From Squalus acanthias (lineage: Eukaryota), in NCBI GenBank assembly GCA_030390025.1, contig CM059446.1, positions 54,560,001-54,624,000 on the forward strand: DNA of 64,000 nucleotides, written 5' to 3'. Below the pieces are notes generated by a model that was given only the letters and a program-made list of their open reading frames with translations, ran no database searches and was not told where the DNA came from. The position numbers and the translations under genes were made by a program. Positions 49,663 through 62,227 of this stretch are shown here, piece by piece (the first letter of the stretch is position 1; every line of letters starts with the position of its first letter).

Positions 49663-50913
49663 GGGCCAAATCTTGCTGGTGCAGGGCATCTTGCGGTGCA
49701 TGCCGTTCGACTTTTTCCTACGCCCTTCAGCGCGAAAATTTTTTGCTACGTAACTTGCTGGAAGTGCGAGCTGATAACGGCACTGTGAGGGCAACGGGGA
49801 CATCTGGGACCTTAGTGATTGACAGGACCAACAGTCTATCTCCTTAACTCATGAGATTTAAGGATCGAGTGTCTCACCTCCTGACTCCCCAAAGCCTTTC
49901 CACCATCTACAAGGCACAAGTCAGGAGTGTGATGGAATACTCTCCACTTGCCTGGATGAGTGCAGCTCCAACAACACTCAAGAAGCTCGACACCATCCAA
50001 GACAAAGCAGCCCGCTTGATGGGCACCCCGTCCACCACCTTAAACATTCACTCCCTCCACCACCGGCGCACCGTGGCTGCAGTGTGTACCATCTACAAGA
50101 TGCACTGCAGCAACTCGCCAAGGCTTCTTCAGCAGCACCTCCCAAACCGGTGACCTCTACCACTTAGAAGGACAAGGGCAGCAGGCGCATGGGAACACCA
50201 CCACCTCCAAGTTCCCCTCCAAGTCACACACCATCCTGACTTAGAAGTATATCGCTGATCCTTCATCGTCGCTGGGTCAAAATCCTGGAACTCCCTCCCT
50301 AACAGCACTGTGGGAGTACCTTCACCACACGGACTGCAGCGGTTCAAGAAGGCGGCTCACTACCAACTTCTCAAGGGCAACTAGGGATGGGCAATAAATG
50401 CTGGCCTTGCCAGCGACGCCCACATCCCATAAACAAATTTTTTTTTTAAAAAGCAGCGTAATGGAGAGAAGGAAGGTGAATTAGAGTTAAATCAGATACA
50501 GAAATAAAGAGAGGGAAAGAAAGATTGGATTAAGACAGAGAAAAAAGAGACAATGGAAAAGTAATAAAAAGAAAATTAAATTTGACATTTTCATAATCTC
50601 TCTCAACAATTTACTACATACAGGAATAAGACTCAACAGGTTAAATTGTTTCCTTTCTGGACCGGAGAGATTGATCCCTAAATTTGTGTGGTGAGTTTAA
50701 TGAGCAATCAGTGTGCCAATCCAGCAAGTTCTTAAAAATAACGAGGAGGCTGAGTCGAGATGCTGTTTGTGCGAAGCAAACGGTGGAGCTACGTAAATCG
50801 ACTGGCGACTCACGGCGTATCTCTTCATCCCCTGAACTCACTGGCCGTTTTGCGCATTATTAACGGCGTGCGACGTTAACTTGCCGTTTATTTTCCCAGG
50901 AAGATTTGGCCCC
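49663..50913. mobile_element. Harbinger-like MITE of a second family, split by a LINE insertion
   Basis: GGGCCAAATCTT…AAGATTTGGCCC TIRs flanked by gtg. Confidence 0.68.
49863..50450 (+). mobile_element. CR1-group (Zenon-like) LINE 3' fragment
   Basis: Same peptide as 11810-12426; inserted in a MITE. Confidence 0.85.
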
Positions 50914-51647
50914 GTGTGTTCAGTATGTGTGTTATCACAGGCCTGGGTCTTCCCTTGGATGTGCCCGTAGAAACCCACCACCGTGTTTCACAATCTTCTA
51001 AGTAAACTATTGAGAAGCCCACTTCAATAGAATCTCAGTTTACCTGGTTTGGCATGTACGCGCTCTCCCTGTAAGGACATGTCTGACTGGCCTAAGCTCA
51101 GAGAACTCCAGGTCAGGTTAGCAAAGAGTTAAAGCTTGGAGACTCTGAAGTGTGTGCAGGAATACTGCTGGAGTTAAAACGGCTAAAATTGCATGGCTTG
51201 CCAAGGCAGTGCACTGGTAAGCTTCCCCCTGCTTGTCCGATTGGGACCACACTACCTGTTCCCACGTTGGTTTCTGAGCTTTTGCAATTCCATATGCCAG
51301 CTGTAGCCCATACTGGCTAGTCTATCATCAGTTGTACCTGGGACTGCAGTGCTTCATATAACCAACACTGCAGAACTGCAAAAACCTGAAAACATTAGAA
51401 GATTGGGGAGAATTGCAATCTGTTTTTTAAAAAAAGGCACAGTAAAGTTTGTAAATACAGTCCATTCCAACAGATGATATCTCGATTATATGACCTCAAT
51501 AACTAGACTGCTTTGTTTGTGCACTAGCTCTTGGGAATGGGGGGTACGGGAGAGGTGATGTTGCAGCTGGGATTTGCAGGAACGGTGCAATGATCCTTTG
51601 TTGGCTGATGGGTTTATTTGAATAATGTTGGTATTTTTTAGCCTTTC

Positions 51648-52302
51648 GGGGGCAAAATTCGGTTGCTTTGCGCCTCCCGGAGGGCGCTAATGGGCGCAAA
51701 GCAACTATTGCCAGGGCTTGGCACCACTAATGCCTCCCGCGAAATTCAACGGGAGGTTAGCGGCGGCGGTTACTGATAGCGCCTCGCGGCGTTGTGCCTC
51801 TGGCGATGGCGTCATCGCCGTGCGCACCCCCCCCAGCCGCGATCTTCGGTCACGCCCCCAGACTTACTGCCGGATGCCATGTCCGACAGGGTCAGGGGCG
51901 TACGTGCGGCTGGGGCGGCGATAATTAAAGGGGAGGTGCCGGGCGGCCATTTTTGTTGCTGGCCGCCTGCCAGCACCTGCCCCCTCTGCCGTCCCCGGCC
52001 TCCGATGCAACCCCCCCCCCCTGCGGGGTGCTAGCCGGCACCCCGATCCCAGCTGGGCCCCGGGTCACGCCGAGCAAGCCGCCCCCCCCTTTTAATAAGG
52101 GGAGGAAGGCCTGCAGTACCGCGGCGCGATGTACCGCTGCGATCTTCCCTCGTAGCGCCCCAAGAGGGAGTGGGAGAGCTTCCAGTAGCGCCCCACCTCC
52201 CTCTTGGGGCACTACTAGTGAATTTAAGGCGCGGGGGCGCTAACTTTTTCGGGGTGCTAAAAGTAGCGCCTCAGCGAAATTAGCGCCCCGAATATTTCCC
52301 CC
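51648..52302. mobile_element. GC/CpG-rich MITE, PIF/Harbinger-like
   Basis: GGGGGCAAAATTCGG…CCGAATATTTCCCCC TIRs, TSD ttc at 51645-51647 and 52303-52305. Confidence 0.8.
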
Positions 52303-53182
52303 CTTCCTCTCTAGTTCGTGGAACTGAAATGTGGGCGTTACCCTGAGTTGAAGACTAGAGTCCTTTCGGAGTGATTTGATCATATTGGCACAAGATAACT
52401 ATAAAGGGATATGTTGCACTTTGCGCTGGAGATGAAGGTCTAGCGCAATCTAGTATTTTGACATGGATAACGTGTCGCTGGCCGTGGCTGCGTGCTAATT
52501 CGCAGCTGACTGTATTATCCTGGGAAAGGAGGCAGACCCACAGGGCTTGACTTTTCCTGAGTGCTGAGAACTGCAGTCCAGGCCAGTGCCAAACACGGGA
52601 CTCTTGTTCTCTTATCCCTCCCTCCAGACCCAATCGGCAGCACACCAGTAAAGAAAGGAGACGGCCACGATTCTTACCTGGACTTGCATCGTATTTACAG
52701 CACAGAATCAGGCCATTCGGTCCAACTGGTCTATGTCGGTGTTTATGCTCCACACGAGCCTCCCCAACCTCCTTCATCTGCCCCATCGACATATCCTCCT
52801 ATTCCTTTCTCCCTCATATCTTTATTGAGCTTCCCCTTAAATGCATCTATGCTATTTGCCTCAACTACTCCTTGTGGTAGCAAGTTCCACATTCTAACCA
52901 CTCTCTGTGTGAAGCAGTGTCTCCTGAATTCCCTATTGGATTTATTAGTGACTATCTTATATTTATGTGCCCTAGTTCTGGTCTCCCCTGCACGTGGAAA
53001 CATCTCTGTTTACCCTCTCAAACACTTTCATAATCTTAACGACCTCTATCAGGTCACCCCTCAGCCTTTTTTCTGGAGAAAAGAGCCCCAGCCTGTTCAA
53101 ACTTCCCTGATGGGTATAGCCTCTTAGTTCTGGTATCATTCTAGTAAATCTTTGTTGCACCTTCTCCAGTGCCTCTATATCC

Positions 53183-53962
53183 TATTTTTATTTGTTTATG
53201 GGATTAGGGCGTCGCTGGCAATGCCAGCATTTATTGCCCATCCCTAGTTGCCCTTGAGAAGGTGGTGGTGAGCCGCCTTCTTGAACCGCTGCAGTCCGTG
53301 TGGTGAAGGTACTCCCACAGTGCTGTTAGGGAGGGAGTTCCAGGATTTTGGCCCAGCGACCATGAAGGATCGACGATATACTTCCTAGTCAGGATGGTGT
53401 GTGACTTGGAGGGGAACTTGGAGGTGGTGGTGTTCCCATGCGCCTGCTGCCCTTGTCCTTCTAGGTGGAAGAGGTCGCGGGTTTGGGAGGTGCTGCCGAA
53501 GAAGCCTTGGCGAGTTGCTGCAGTGCATCTTGTAGATGGTACACACTGCAGCCACGGTACGCCGGTGGTGGAGGGAGTGAATGTTTAAGGTGGTGGATGG
53601 GGTGCCAATCAAGCGGGCTACTTTGTCCTGGATGGTGTCGAGCTTCTTGAGTGTTGTTGGAGCTGCACTCATCCAGGCAAGTGGAGAGTATTCCATCACA
53701 CTCCTTACTTGTGCCTTGTAGATAGTGCAAAGGCTTTGGGGAGTCAGGCGGTGAGACACTCGCCACAGAATACCTAGCTTCTGACCTGCTCTTGTTGCCA
53801 CAGTATTTATGTGGCTGGTGCAGTTAAGTTTCTGGTTAATGGTGATTCCCAGGATGTTGATAGTGGGGGATTCGGCGATGGTGATGCCATTGAATGTCAA
53901 GGGGAGGTGGTTAGACTCTCGCTTGTTGGAGATAGTCATTGCCTGGCACTTCGTGGCACGAA
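53183..53962 (-). mobile_element. CR1-group (Zenon-like) LINE 3' fragment
   Basis: 196-aa ORF 53385-53975 with the same motifs. Confidence 0.85.
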
Positions 53963-54170
53963 TGATACCTGCCATACCAAGTGAGGTCTAACCAAGGTTC
54001 TGTACGAGTTTAACATAACTTCCCTGCTCTTCAATTCTATCTCTCTAGAAATGAACCCCAGTGCTTGGTTTGCTTTCTTTAATGGCCTTATTAACCTGCG
54101 TCGCGACTTTTAGTGATCTGTGTATCTGTAACCCCAGATCCCTCTGTTCCTCTACACCATTTAGACACTC

Positions 54171-54297
54171 GGGGCTAGATATTCGTCTCGGGCAGTATCG
54201 GATCGGCTGCCCGTTACTACGCAGCGCCGGGTATTCCCTTCCATTGCGTATAGTGAGCCGACTGATCCGATACCGCCCGTGACGCATTTCTCGGCCT
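54171..54297. mobile_element. Small MITE of about 127 bp inserted in a CR1
   Basis: About 35-bp imperfect TIRs (cgggcagtatcggatc / gatccgataccgcccg), CpG-rich, CR1 sequence resumes on both sides. Confidence 0.7.
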
Positions 54298-54899
54298 TAT
54301 TTTCCAAGGAGTATGCGGCCTCCTTATTCTTCCGACCAAGATGTACCACCTCACACTTAGCTACATTGCAGTTCATTTGCTGGGGCACTGCCCTGGTGCT
54401 ATTTTAAACACCACTTTGCTTGACCCAAACCATTAGTTTAATATTGGCGAACTGTTGAAGCGTTGTGGCAGACTTGATATTCCACCTTGTAATACAATGA
54501 GAGTCCTTCATAAGAACTTGCATAATTTACACTTCTGTTGCATCGAGTTTGATTAGGATAGATTTAAAGCTTTAATTTCTGTGAGAAGAGGTTTGTCTCT
54601 TTGCTGTAATTAGCCCTTCAGCACAAAGCCTTGTACCTCTGCTCCTTGTGTAATTAAAGTCCTGGGGGCAAACGAGCGGCCTCGAGCGTTTACAACATTG
54701 TGCCTTGTTGCTGCTGAATAAAGTGGCTGTTACAACTGGATGCGTTAATGGGAGGGAAGAGGAAGTGGAGAGAAAGAGAGTGTTCTATCCCGGGGAGACT
54801 GTGAGGCACAGACGCAGGAAGCAGCTATGTGGCAGTGTGCGTAAAGCCCAGCTGATCTGAATAAGACCATTGACAGGGGTGTGCAATCCATCTGCTTGC

Positions 54900-55292
54900 A
54901 CAGAGTGACTCTGTGCTGTTACTTTTAAGGAAAAAGAAGTGGGGGGGGGGAGGCGGAAACTGCAGCCTGCTATTTTCACTTCACAAACTACTTGGAAACC
55001 ATTTCGTCAGTTTTTTTTTTTCCCTCTGACAATTGCTGCCTTTTTTTTTGTGTGCGTGTGTGTGGCTTTCCTTGTGTTTGATTTTGAAAAGAGGGCGTTT
55101 GTCCGACGGTCTCAGCTGCGAGGATTTCTTCCTGCAGTTCAGGAGCAATTCAAAGGAAATCGGCAACACACACACACACACACACACACACGTGTGCGAG
55201 AGAGTTTTGGTGCCTCGGGTTTCTATGTCCCGTAAACTGCAGTCTGGAGTCCATGCTGTGGAATTTGCCTTGTTTTGTGTTACTCCGACAAA
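54900..55292 (+). promoter_or_regulatory. Putative internal promoter and 5' UTR of the Brx-type isoform
   Basis: Repeat-free sequence directly upstream of the ATG exon with a G-rich GC-box-like gggaggcggaa, several CpGs and a (CA)n tract. The start site cannot be placed from sequence. Confidence 0.5.
55166..55190. repeat. (CA)n microsatellite about 100 bp upstream of the Brx ATG
   Basis: Directly visible. Confidence 0.95.
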
Positions 55293-55373
55293 ATGTACGA
55301 ACGGCACAAAAGGAGGTATAGCTTATCTGGCATCTCAAAACATGGCAGAAGCGTTGATGTTGTGCTGCTCAAG
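55293..55373 (+). CDS. AKAP13: Alternative first coding exon of AKAP13, Brx-type isoform: MYERHKRRYSLSGISKHGRSVDVVLLK
   Basis: aaaATG start, in-frame stop upstream at 55233-55235, 27 codons, AAG|gtatgt phase-0 donor. Same length as, and largely identical to, the remembered human Brx N-terminus MYERHKRRYSLCDISKVDRTVDVVLLK. Confidence 0.88.
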
Positions 55374-55889
55374 GTATGTTGATTTCTGCAGACTACGTAT
55401 TTAAATATAAAAATGTCGAAAGATTTTTAATTTGTTAACAGGTCTTTATCGACCATTATTTGTGTTTGCGCGAGGGGGGCAAATCTTGGAGCTCAGTGTG
55501 GGAGTTTGGTCCTGCTGGACTGTTTTACTGTTTCGGACTCCGCTCGATTCCTGGCAAATTTGATGGAAAGTGGAGTAAAGCCTCATTTCTCTGCAAATAA
55601 CTTCTTACAAAAAGGGGACAGATACCTTGGTGGGGGTGCAGGGGGGGGGGGGGGAGTCTCTGGTCTTTCTCATTAGTGCACTTTGCCTCACAATGACACT
55701 CTGAATATTAAATAGACTAAGTTACGTCACAACCTGGTGAGCGCAGTGAATGGGATTTTGTCTGTTGTACCTGTTTCATCAGTTGCCTGCACTTCCATAA
55801 TCTTAAGTCCAGCTTGGCGGGCGAATAAAGTATTCGCGTGGAAGATGATGATCATGCCCACATTTGATTGTGTAAATTCTCGATTTTTT

Positions 55890-57030
55890 TTTTTACATAT
55901 GATATACGGCACAGAAACAGGCCATTTGGCCCGACCAGTCCATGCCACCACTCAAGCCTCCATTCCCTTCTCCCTCATATGCTTGTCTAGCCTCCCCTTC
56001 AATGCATCTATGCTATTCGCTTCCACCACTCCCTGTGGTAGCGAGTTCCACATTCTCACCACTCTCTGGGAAAAGAAGTTTGTTCTGAATTCCCTATTGG
56101 ATTTCTTGCTGACTATCTTATATTGATGGCCTCTAGTTATGCTCTTCCCCCACAAGTGGAAACATTCTCTCTGTATCCACTCTATCAAAACCTTTAAAAT
56201 TATGAAAGACCTCTATCAGGTCACCCCTCAGCCTTTTTTCAAGTGAAAAGAGACCCAGCCTGTTCATCCTTTCCTGATTGGTATACCCTCGCATTTCTGG
56301 TATCATCCTTGTAAATCTTTTTTGCACCCTCTCCAGTGCCTCTATATCCTTTTTATAATATGGCGACCAGAACTGTACTCTAACCAAGGTTCGATACAGG
56401 TTTAGCATAACTTCCCTACTTTTCAATTCTATTCCTCTAGAAATATACCCTAGTGCTTGGTTTGCTTTTTTTGTGGCCTTGTTAACCTGTGTCGCTACTT
56501 TTAGTGATTTGTGTATTTGTACTCCGAGATCCCTTTGCTCCTCTACCCCACCTAGACTCGCACCCTCCAAGTGATAAGTGACCTCCCTATTCTTCCTACA
56601 AAATGTAATACCTCACATTTATCTGTGTTGAACTTCATTTGCCAATTATGTGCCCATTCTGCAAGTTTATTAATGTCCTCCTGTAATTTGTTGCAGTCCT
56701 CCTCAGTATTGACTCTTCCCCCCCCCCTCCCCCAATTTGGTGTCATCCGCAAATTTAGAATTGTGTTTTTGATTCCACAGTCTAAATCGTTAATGTAAAT
56801 TGTGAACAACAGTAGTCCCAGCACTGATCCTTGTGGAACACCACTACCCACCTTCTGCCACTGTGAATAGCTACCCTTCACCCCTACTCTCTAATTTCTG
56901 TCCTGAAGCCAGCTAGCCAATCTGCTACTTGCCCCCTGACTCCGCATTCTCTGACCTTATTCATCAGTCTACTATGTGGTACTTTATTGAAGGCCTTTTG
57001 GAAAATCTTGATAAATTACATCAACTGCAT
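55890..57030 (-). mobile_element. CR1 LINE fragment
   Basis: SGVPQGSVLG, VQFWSPYYKKDIEALERVQKRFTRMIP. Confidence 0.92.
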
Positions 57031-57231
57031 TTTTTTTGTAACTTCTTGCAAGGTTGCAGGCTCCTTGTCAGGAAGTTTATTGTGCTTTGTGCAAAACCGT
57101 CCTTGTTCATAAAGTGGTGTGTATGATTGGAAGTCACTTGAAGAGAAAGTTGCCTGTGTTTGCTCCAGTTACTAATGTTAGCAAAATAGTTGGAGTGAAT
57201 ATGTAGCAGGTTTGCCCACTTTTATCACTCC

Positions 57232-57688
57232 GTGTCCGCTGTGGCTCAGTGGGTAGCACACTGGCCTCTGAGTCAGAAGGTTGTGGGTTCAAGTCCCACT
57301 CCAGAGACTTGAGTACATTAATCTAGGCTGACACTCCAGTGCCAGTACTGAGGGAGTGCTGCACTGTCGGAGGTGCCGTCTTTCAGATGTGACGTTAAAC
57401 CGAGGCCCCATCTGCTCTCAGGTGGACGTAAAAGATCCCGTGGCACTATTTCGACGAAGAGCAGCGGCGTTCTCCCCGGTGTCCTGGCCAATATTTATCC
57501 CTCAATCACAAAAACAGATTATCTGGTCATTATCACATCGCTGTTTGTGGGAGCTTGTGAGCGCAAATTGGCTGCCGCGTTTCCCATATTACAACACTTC
57601 AAAAGTACTTCATTGGCTGTAAAGCGCTTTGAGACGTCCGGTGGTCGTGAAAGGCGCTATATAAATGCAAGTCAGTCTTTTCTTTTTC
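57232..57688 (+). mobile_element. SacSINE1-like SINE, full length
   Basis: Head, Deu domain, tail. Confidence 0.88.
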
Positions 57689-59247
57689 ATGCCAACCTAA
57701 TCACTAGCAAGGGACAGTCTTGCATTTATATTGCGTATTGTTGCATCTCTCGAACAGCTCAAAGCACTTCACATACAACGAATTACTCTGAAATGACTTG
57801 TTATTTCGGCAGATGACGCAGCCATTTTGCTAACAGCAAGATCGCACAAAAGAGCAATAAAATGAATTACCGTTTAATCTTTTTCTTTCTGGTGGTTTTT
57901 GGTTGAGGGAGGAATGTTGGACAGGACCCCAAGTGAACTCCCTGCTTTTCAAATGTACCGTGAAATCTTTCACTGTCTATCAAAACAGATGGTCTTTCAG
58001 TTAAACATCTAACCAAAGGGTGAGAATGTAAAGCACATGATTTCAATTTTTATTTCTAAAAGTTAGGGGGGAAAAAAAGTGAATGTTATCCCATTTATAA
58101 CAGAAAGGTATAATTATCTTTGAAACTATATATTTTAGCTGGAAAACACGATTTAATAGAAAGAAGGGAACTGGGCAGTAGCCAAAGTATATTGTAAAAT
58201 TATAACTCTGTTCACAAAAAAAAATTGAATTTAGTATTTGGAACAGTGTTTATTTTAATGTTTCCCTGTAGGGTCCCCCTTCCAAAAGGGCACTCCTGGG
58301 GAACACCTGCAGACATAAACGCACTCTGGCAGACCCTCCCCACATGGCAGTATGCCAAGATGGTCCCCATTCTAGAAGGTGACATGCTTCTGGGGACTCC
58401 CCTAAACAGTGACACATTGCTGCAAATTCCTGTCTGCCCCTTCACCCCTCCCCCAGAGTTCCAACTTCGAATAGTGACAGCTACCCAAGCAAAGCAATGC
58501 TATTGTTGCAGAAAATATATGTTTTGAATCTGACCAGCAGCAGAAGTAAGATGCTAGTAGTTCAAGAATTACAGAATTCTTGAGACAACCTGCTTGCAGC
58601 ATGCGATATCCAAACCTCGGGCAGAAAGAAAGAAAGGCTTGCATTTATATAGCGCCTTTCACGACCACCGGACGTCTCAAAGCGCTTTACAGCCAATGAA
58701 ATACTTTTTGAAGTGGAGTCACTGACAGAAATCTGATGACCTGAGGACTCCCTTGCTTGCCTCTCATAGACCCTTTAGAAGTCCTTTTTGTTTGAACTGC
58801 GTTGACTGGTTGGTAGGCCAACACAGCAGCTAATATGTGCACAGCCAGATCCCACAGACAGCAACAAGATTAATGGCCAGTCAGTATATTCTTGGTATTG
58901 GTTGAGGGAAGAATGTCAGCCAAGACATCAAGGGAAGGATCCCACAAACTGCTCACCCAGAAGCTTACCAGTTAAGCTGGGAAGGGAGGGGGGTTGCATC
59001 TGCCCAAAGTCTCATTTGGTGGGAAACCCTCCCCCCACCCCCAGCTTGCTGCAGTTACTGTTGATTTGCCCACAGAGGGATGCCCACTGTCGACCTCGGT
59101 TGACACTCAGTCACACCGTGAACAAGCAAGTGGCCTTTCTCTTGTTTATTTTTGTTTATAAATAATTAATAAGAGGCTCTGGATTCACCTCCTGTGACCA
59201 GAAATATTGTAAAGTAACCATGATATTCACTATTTCACGATGTGCAC

Positions 59248-59505
59248 GATTTCGAAGAAGAGCAGGGATTAGTTCTAACCGGTGTCCTGGCCAATATTTC
59301 TCCCTCAATCAACATCATTAAAAACAGATTATCTGGTCATTATCACATTGCTGTGTGTGGGAGCTTGCTGTGTGCAAATTGGCTGCTGCGTTTCCTACAT
59401 TACAACAGTGACTACACTGCAAAAAAGTACTTCATTGGCTGTAAAGCGCTTTGAGACGTCCTGAGGTCGTGGAAGGCGCTATAGAAATGCAGGTCTTTCT
59501 TTCTT
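59248..59505 (+). mobile_element. SacSINE1-like SINE 3' half (other partial copies at 35770-35985, 39630-39900, 40143-40265, 44910-45190, 57715-58010, 58624-58725)
   Basis: gggagcttgctgtgtgcaaattggctgc…aagcgctttgagacgtcc blocks. Confidence 0.8.
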
Positions 59506-60792
59506 GCTTTTATGATGAGCCCGTAGCAGCACAAAAAGTGTAGGGAAAAAGTCAGGCTGGTCAAGGATGCCCATCTATTGACCTTACAGGGCATGGCGCC
59601 TCAAGGACTCTAGAGAAAAAGAGCACTGAGAAGTTGCATGTGCTGATTTCTCCAGAGGCTTCAGTGAAGGTGGGAACAGTCCAGTGATGGTGATTTTCCC
59701 TCCACCCCAACTCAGTGTTTGGGGAATTGTTGGCTCTGTCCTCTGCCCTACCACTCTGTGCCATATAGCATATCCGTCCCGCGAAACAAATTAAATCGAA
59801 AATCATAAAGGCCGCAGTGTGTATTTTTCTCTAAATATTTCAGTATTTGCTAAGGGGCGCAGTGAAAGGGGCGATGCAGTTTTTTTTAAATTAAAACCTT
59901 GTACACCAGCATTGAACAATTCTGCACGAAATGATTTAACCTGAATAGTCCTGGCTTTCAATTCACCGATTCAAGATGAGCAAAGGTCAGATTCTACTCT
60001 GCGAACCAAAAGCAAAATATTAGAAATCTGAAACCAAAACAGAGAATGCTGGAAGCACGCAGTGGGTCAGTCAGCGTCTGCGCGGAGAGCGGGTACTCGA
60101 TATTTTGGGCTTAATAGCGTATTTTAGGACCCTTCTAAAGATGGGTGTAATTGCAAAGCTCCCCTGCTGAGTGCTGAAGACGTCTGCAGCCTCCTGTGGA
60201 ACGTCCTGCAAAAAAAACTCTTCTCCGAAGAGCGTTCGCTTGTTTGCCACAAGCCTTCAGTACATCTATTGTCAGTGATACAGATGCTTCAGGTTACATC
60301 TGTGCAAACACTGGTCAGGTACAGTACACACTGAATGAAGGCCACCCTGTCACTGGCAGCATTTGTTTAAAAGAAAATTCTCCAGCACTGATTCATTGGC
60401 TGAACATTCCAACGGAAACATTCCTGGTTTTTATAGGAACCATTTAGACACTGGTTTTGAGTTTAGAACAAAGATTTTTTCAGACTGGGCTCCTCAGACT
60501 CGAGGGGTTCCCAGCGGGCCTGTGAGGTCATCAGGTTTCTATATTTGTGGAGTTGCGGGCGTGTTGGTGCTGTCGCTGTGTACCAATAAAGAACGGTTTC
60601 AGCGATTGAGGGCACTGTTTTCCTTTGGAGTAGCTGACACTGTCTTTCAAAGGTTAGGGTAACGAGTTCCACGCAATGCTGGGGGCCACCACACTGTGAC
60701 ATTTGAAATCCACTGGCCTGGAGCTGTAGCTGAATAACGCTTATTGAGAAATTAGAGCAAAGTGATGATTGATTTCATCGGCATCTAGTTAC

Positions 60793-61215
60793 AGCAACAA
60801 CTTACATTTATATAGCACCTTTAATGTAGTAAAAGGTCACGAGGCGCTTCACAGGACAAAATTTGACACCGAGCCACATGAGATATTAGGACAGGTGACC
60901 AAAAGCTTGGTCAAAGAGGTAGGTTTTGAGGAGGGAAAGGCGGCGAGGTTTAGTGGGGGGAAATTCCAGAGCTTTGGGCCCAGGCAGCTGAAGGCACGGC
61001 CGCCAAAGGTAGGAGCAAAGGGAATTGGGGGATGCGCAAGAGGCCAGAATTAGAGGAGCGCAGAGATCTCGGAGACTAGTAGGCTTGGAGGAGGTTACAG
61101 AGATGGGGAGGGGGCGAGGCCATGGAGGGATTTGAACACTGGGTTGAGAATTTTTAAATGGAGACGTTGCTGGACCGGGAGCCAATGTAGGTCAGTGAGC
61201 ACGTGTGATGGGTGA
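60793..61215 (-). mobile_element. L2 LINE 3' fragment (older copy at about 13840-14150)
   Basis: LHWLPVQQRL.LKIL..VFKSLHGLAP, LKTYLFDQAF. Confidence 0.82.
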
Positions 61216-62227
61216 GCATCGTGGCTAGCTGCATATTGATGGCTCGCTCGGTAATCACAAGGTGCACCTGAACCATGCACAGCAGATGGCCCTAAGTTTA
61301 AGCCCCATTCTGTGCTGAGTTAGCTTATTTCTGTTGGTGGAGTGGCCCTGGGTTAGAGTTGGGAAAAGAAATGAATCATGATTTATGATGTCTGCTAAGT
61401 GACCCCCCGGCCGATAGAAAGTGCCAGGGTGTGGCCACTTGGTTGAGTAGCCTGTCCACGCTCACTAGGCCTGTACATGAAGAATGGCCACTTAGGCAAA
61501 GTAATGGAGGATAATTTCTGCCCTTTGAAGTGTACCAGAGCAGGAGATGATGTCTTCAGGGGGTGGCGGGTTAGAGTTTGCCATATAAACCCTGACAGCA
61601 CTAATGCTGTTTATCATGAATAAGAGCCTAATGAGGAATTATTGGAGACAGCAAAAGTCCATTATGCCCAACAAGACCTTCGCCTTTGATCAAGTCCACC
61701 TGCTCACCTTCTCACTAGATCCCTTCTGGACCTTCCAGAAATATACCTCATTGTCTCTTGATCCCATATACGCTGTGGAAACATTGTCTGTCTGCACTCT
61801 GTTGGGTTGGAGCATTGTAGGCTTGCAATGTTAGTTGGGTATCCTGTAGTTTCACTTAGTTACCTTCTAAGGTTGAAGTTTTTTCTGCAATTGGTTGGCT
61901 TGCGCAGGAGCCCATGGGGTATATCTTCTCTCTGGTCATTAACTTTTTCTGCCCACATTCGTGAAGAAAAATGTACCTGAAATAAACACGTAGATAGTCT
62001 GTGGAAGGAGCAGGTTTGACGAAGCGAAGGCTTCCTTCCACAGTTCGTGCTTCAGTTTGCACTCTTTCCTAAACGTAGACTTGTCACTTAAAAATGTTTA
62101 AATAATGTTTCTAACATTTTCACAAACCTGAACTGACTTCTTACCGAGTCTGAATTTGTTTTAAATGTTGGCCCATTAGGAGCTGCCTCCTGTGTATCCA
62201 TGAGCATTAATCGTTCTGACATTCTAA

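Larger units (their letters stand above)
52690..54380 (-). mobile_element. CR1 LINE fragment interrupted by a Zenon-like LINE and a MITE
   Basis: CR1 C-terminal motifs at 52743-53160 and 53975-54380. Confidence 0.88.

Noticed and set aside
58271-58527. Acceptor-like ccctgtag followed by open frames (includes GHSWG)
   Set aside because: Translations do not match the expected next AKAP13 exon (INRENWCTIEPC-like) and the donor is unconvincing
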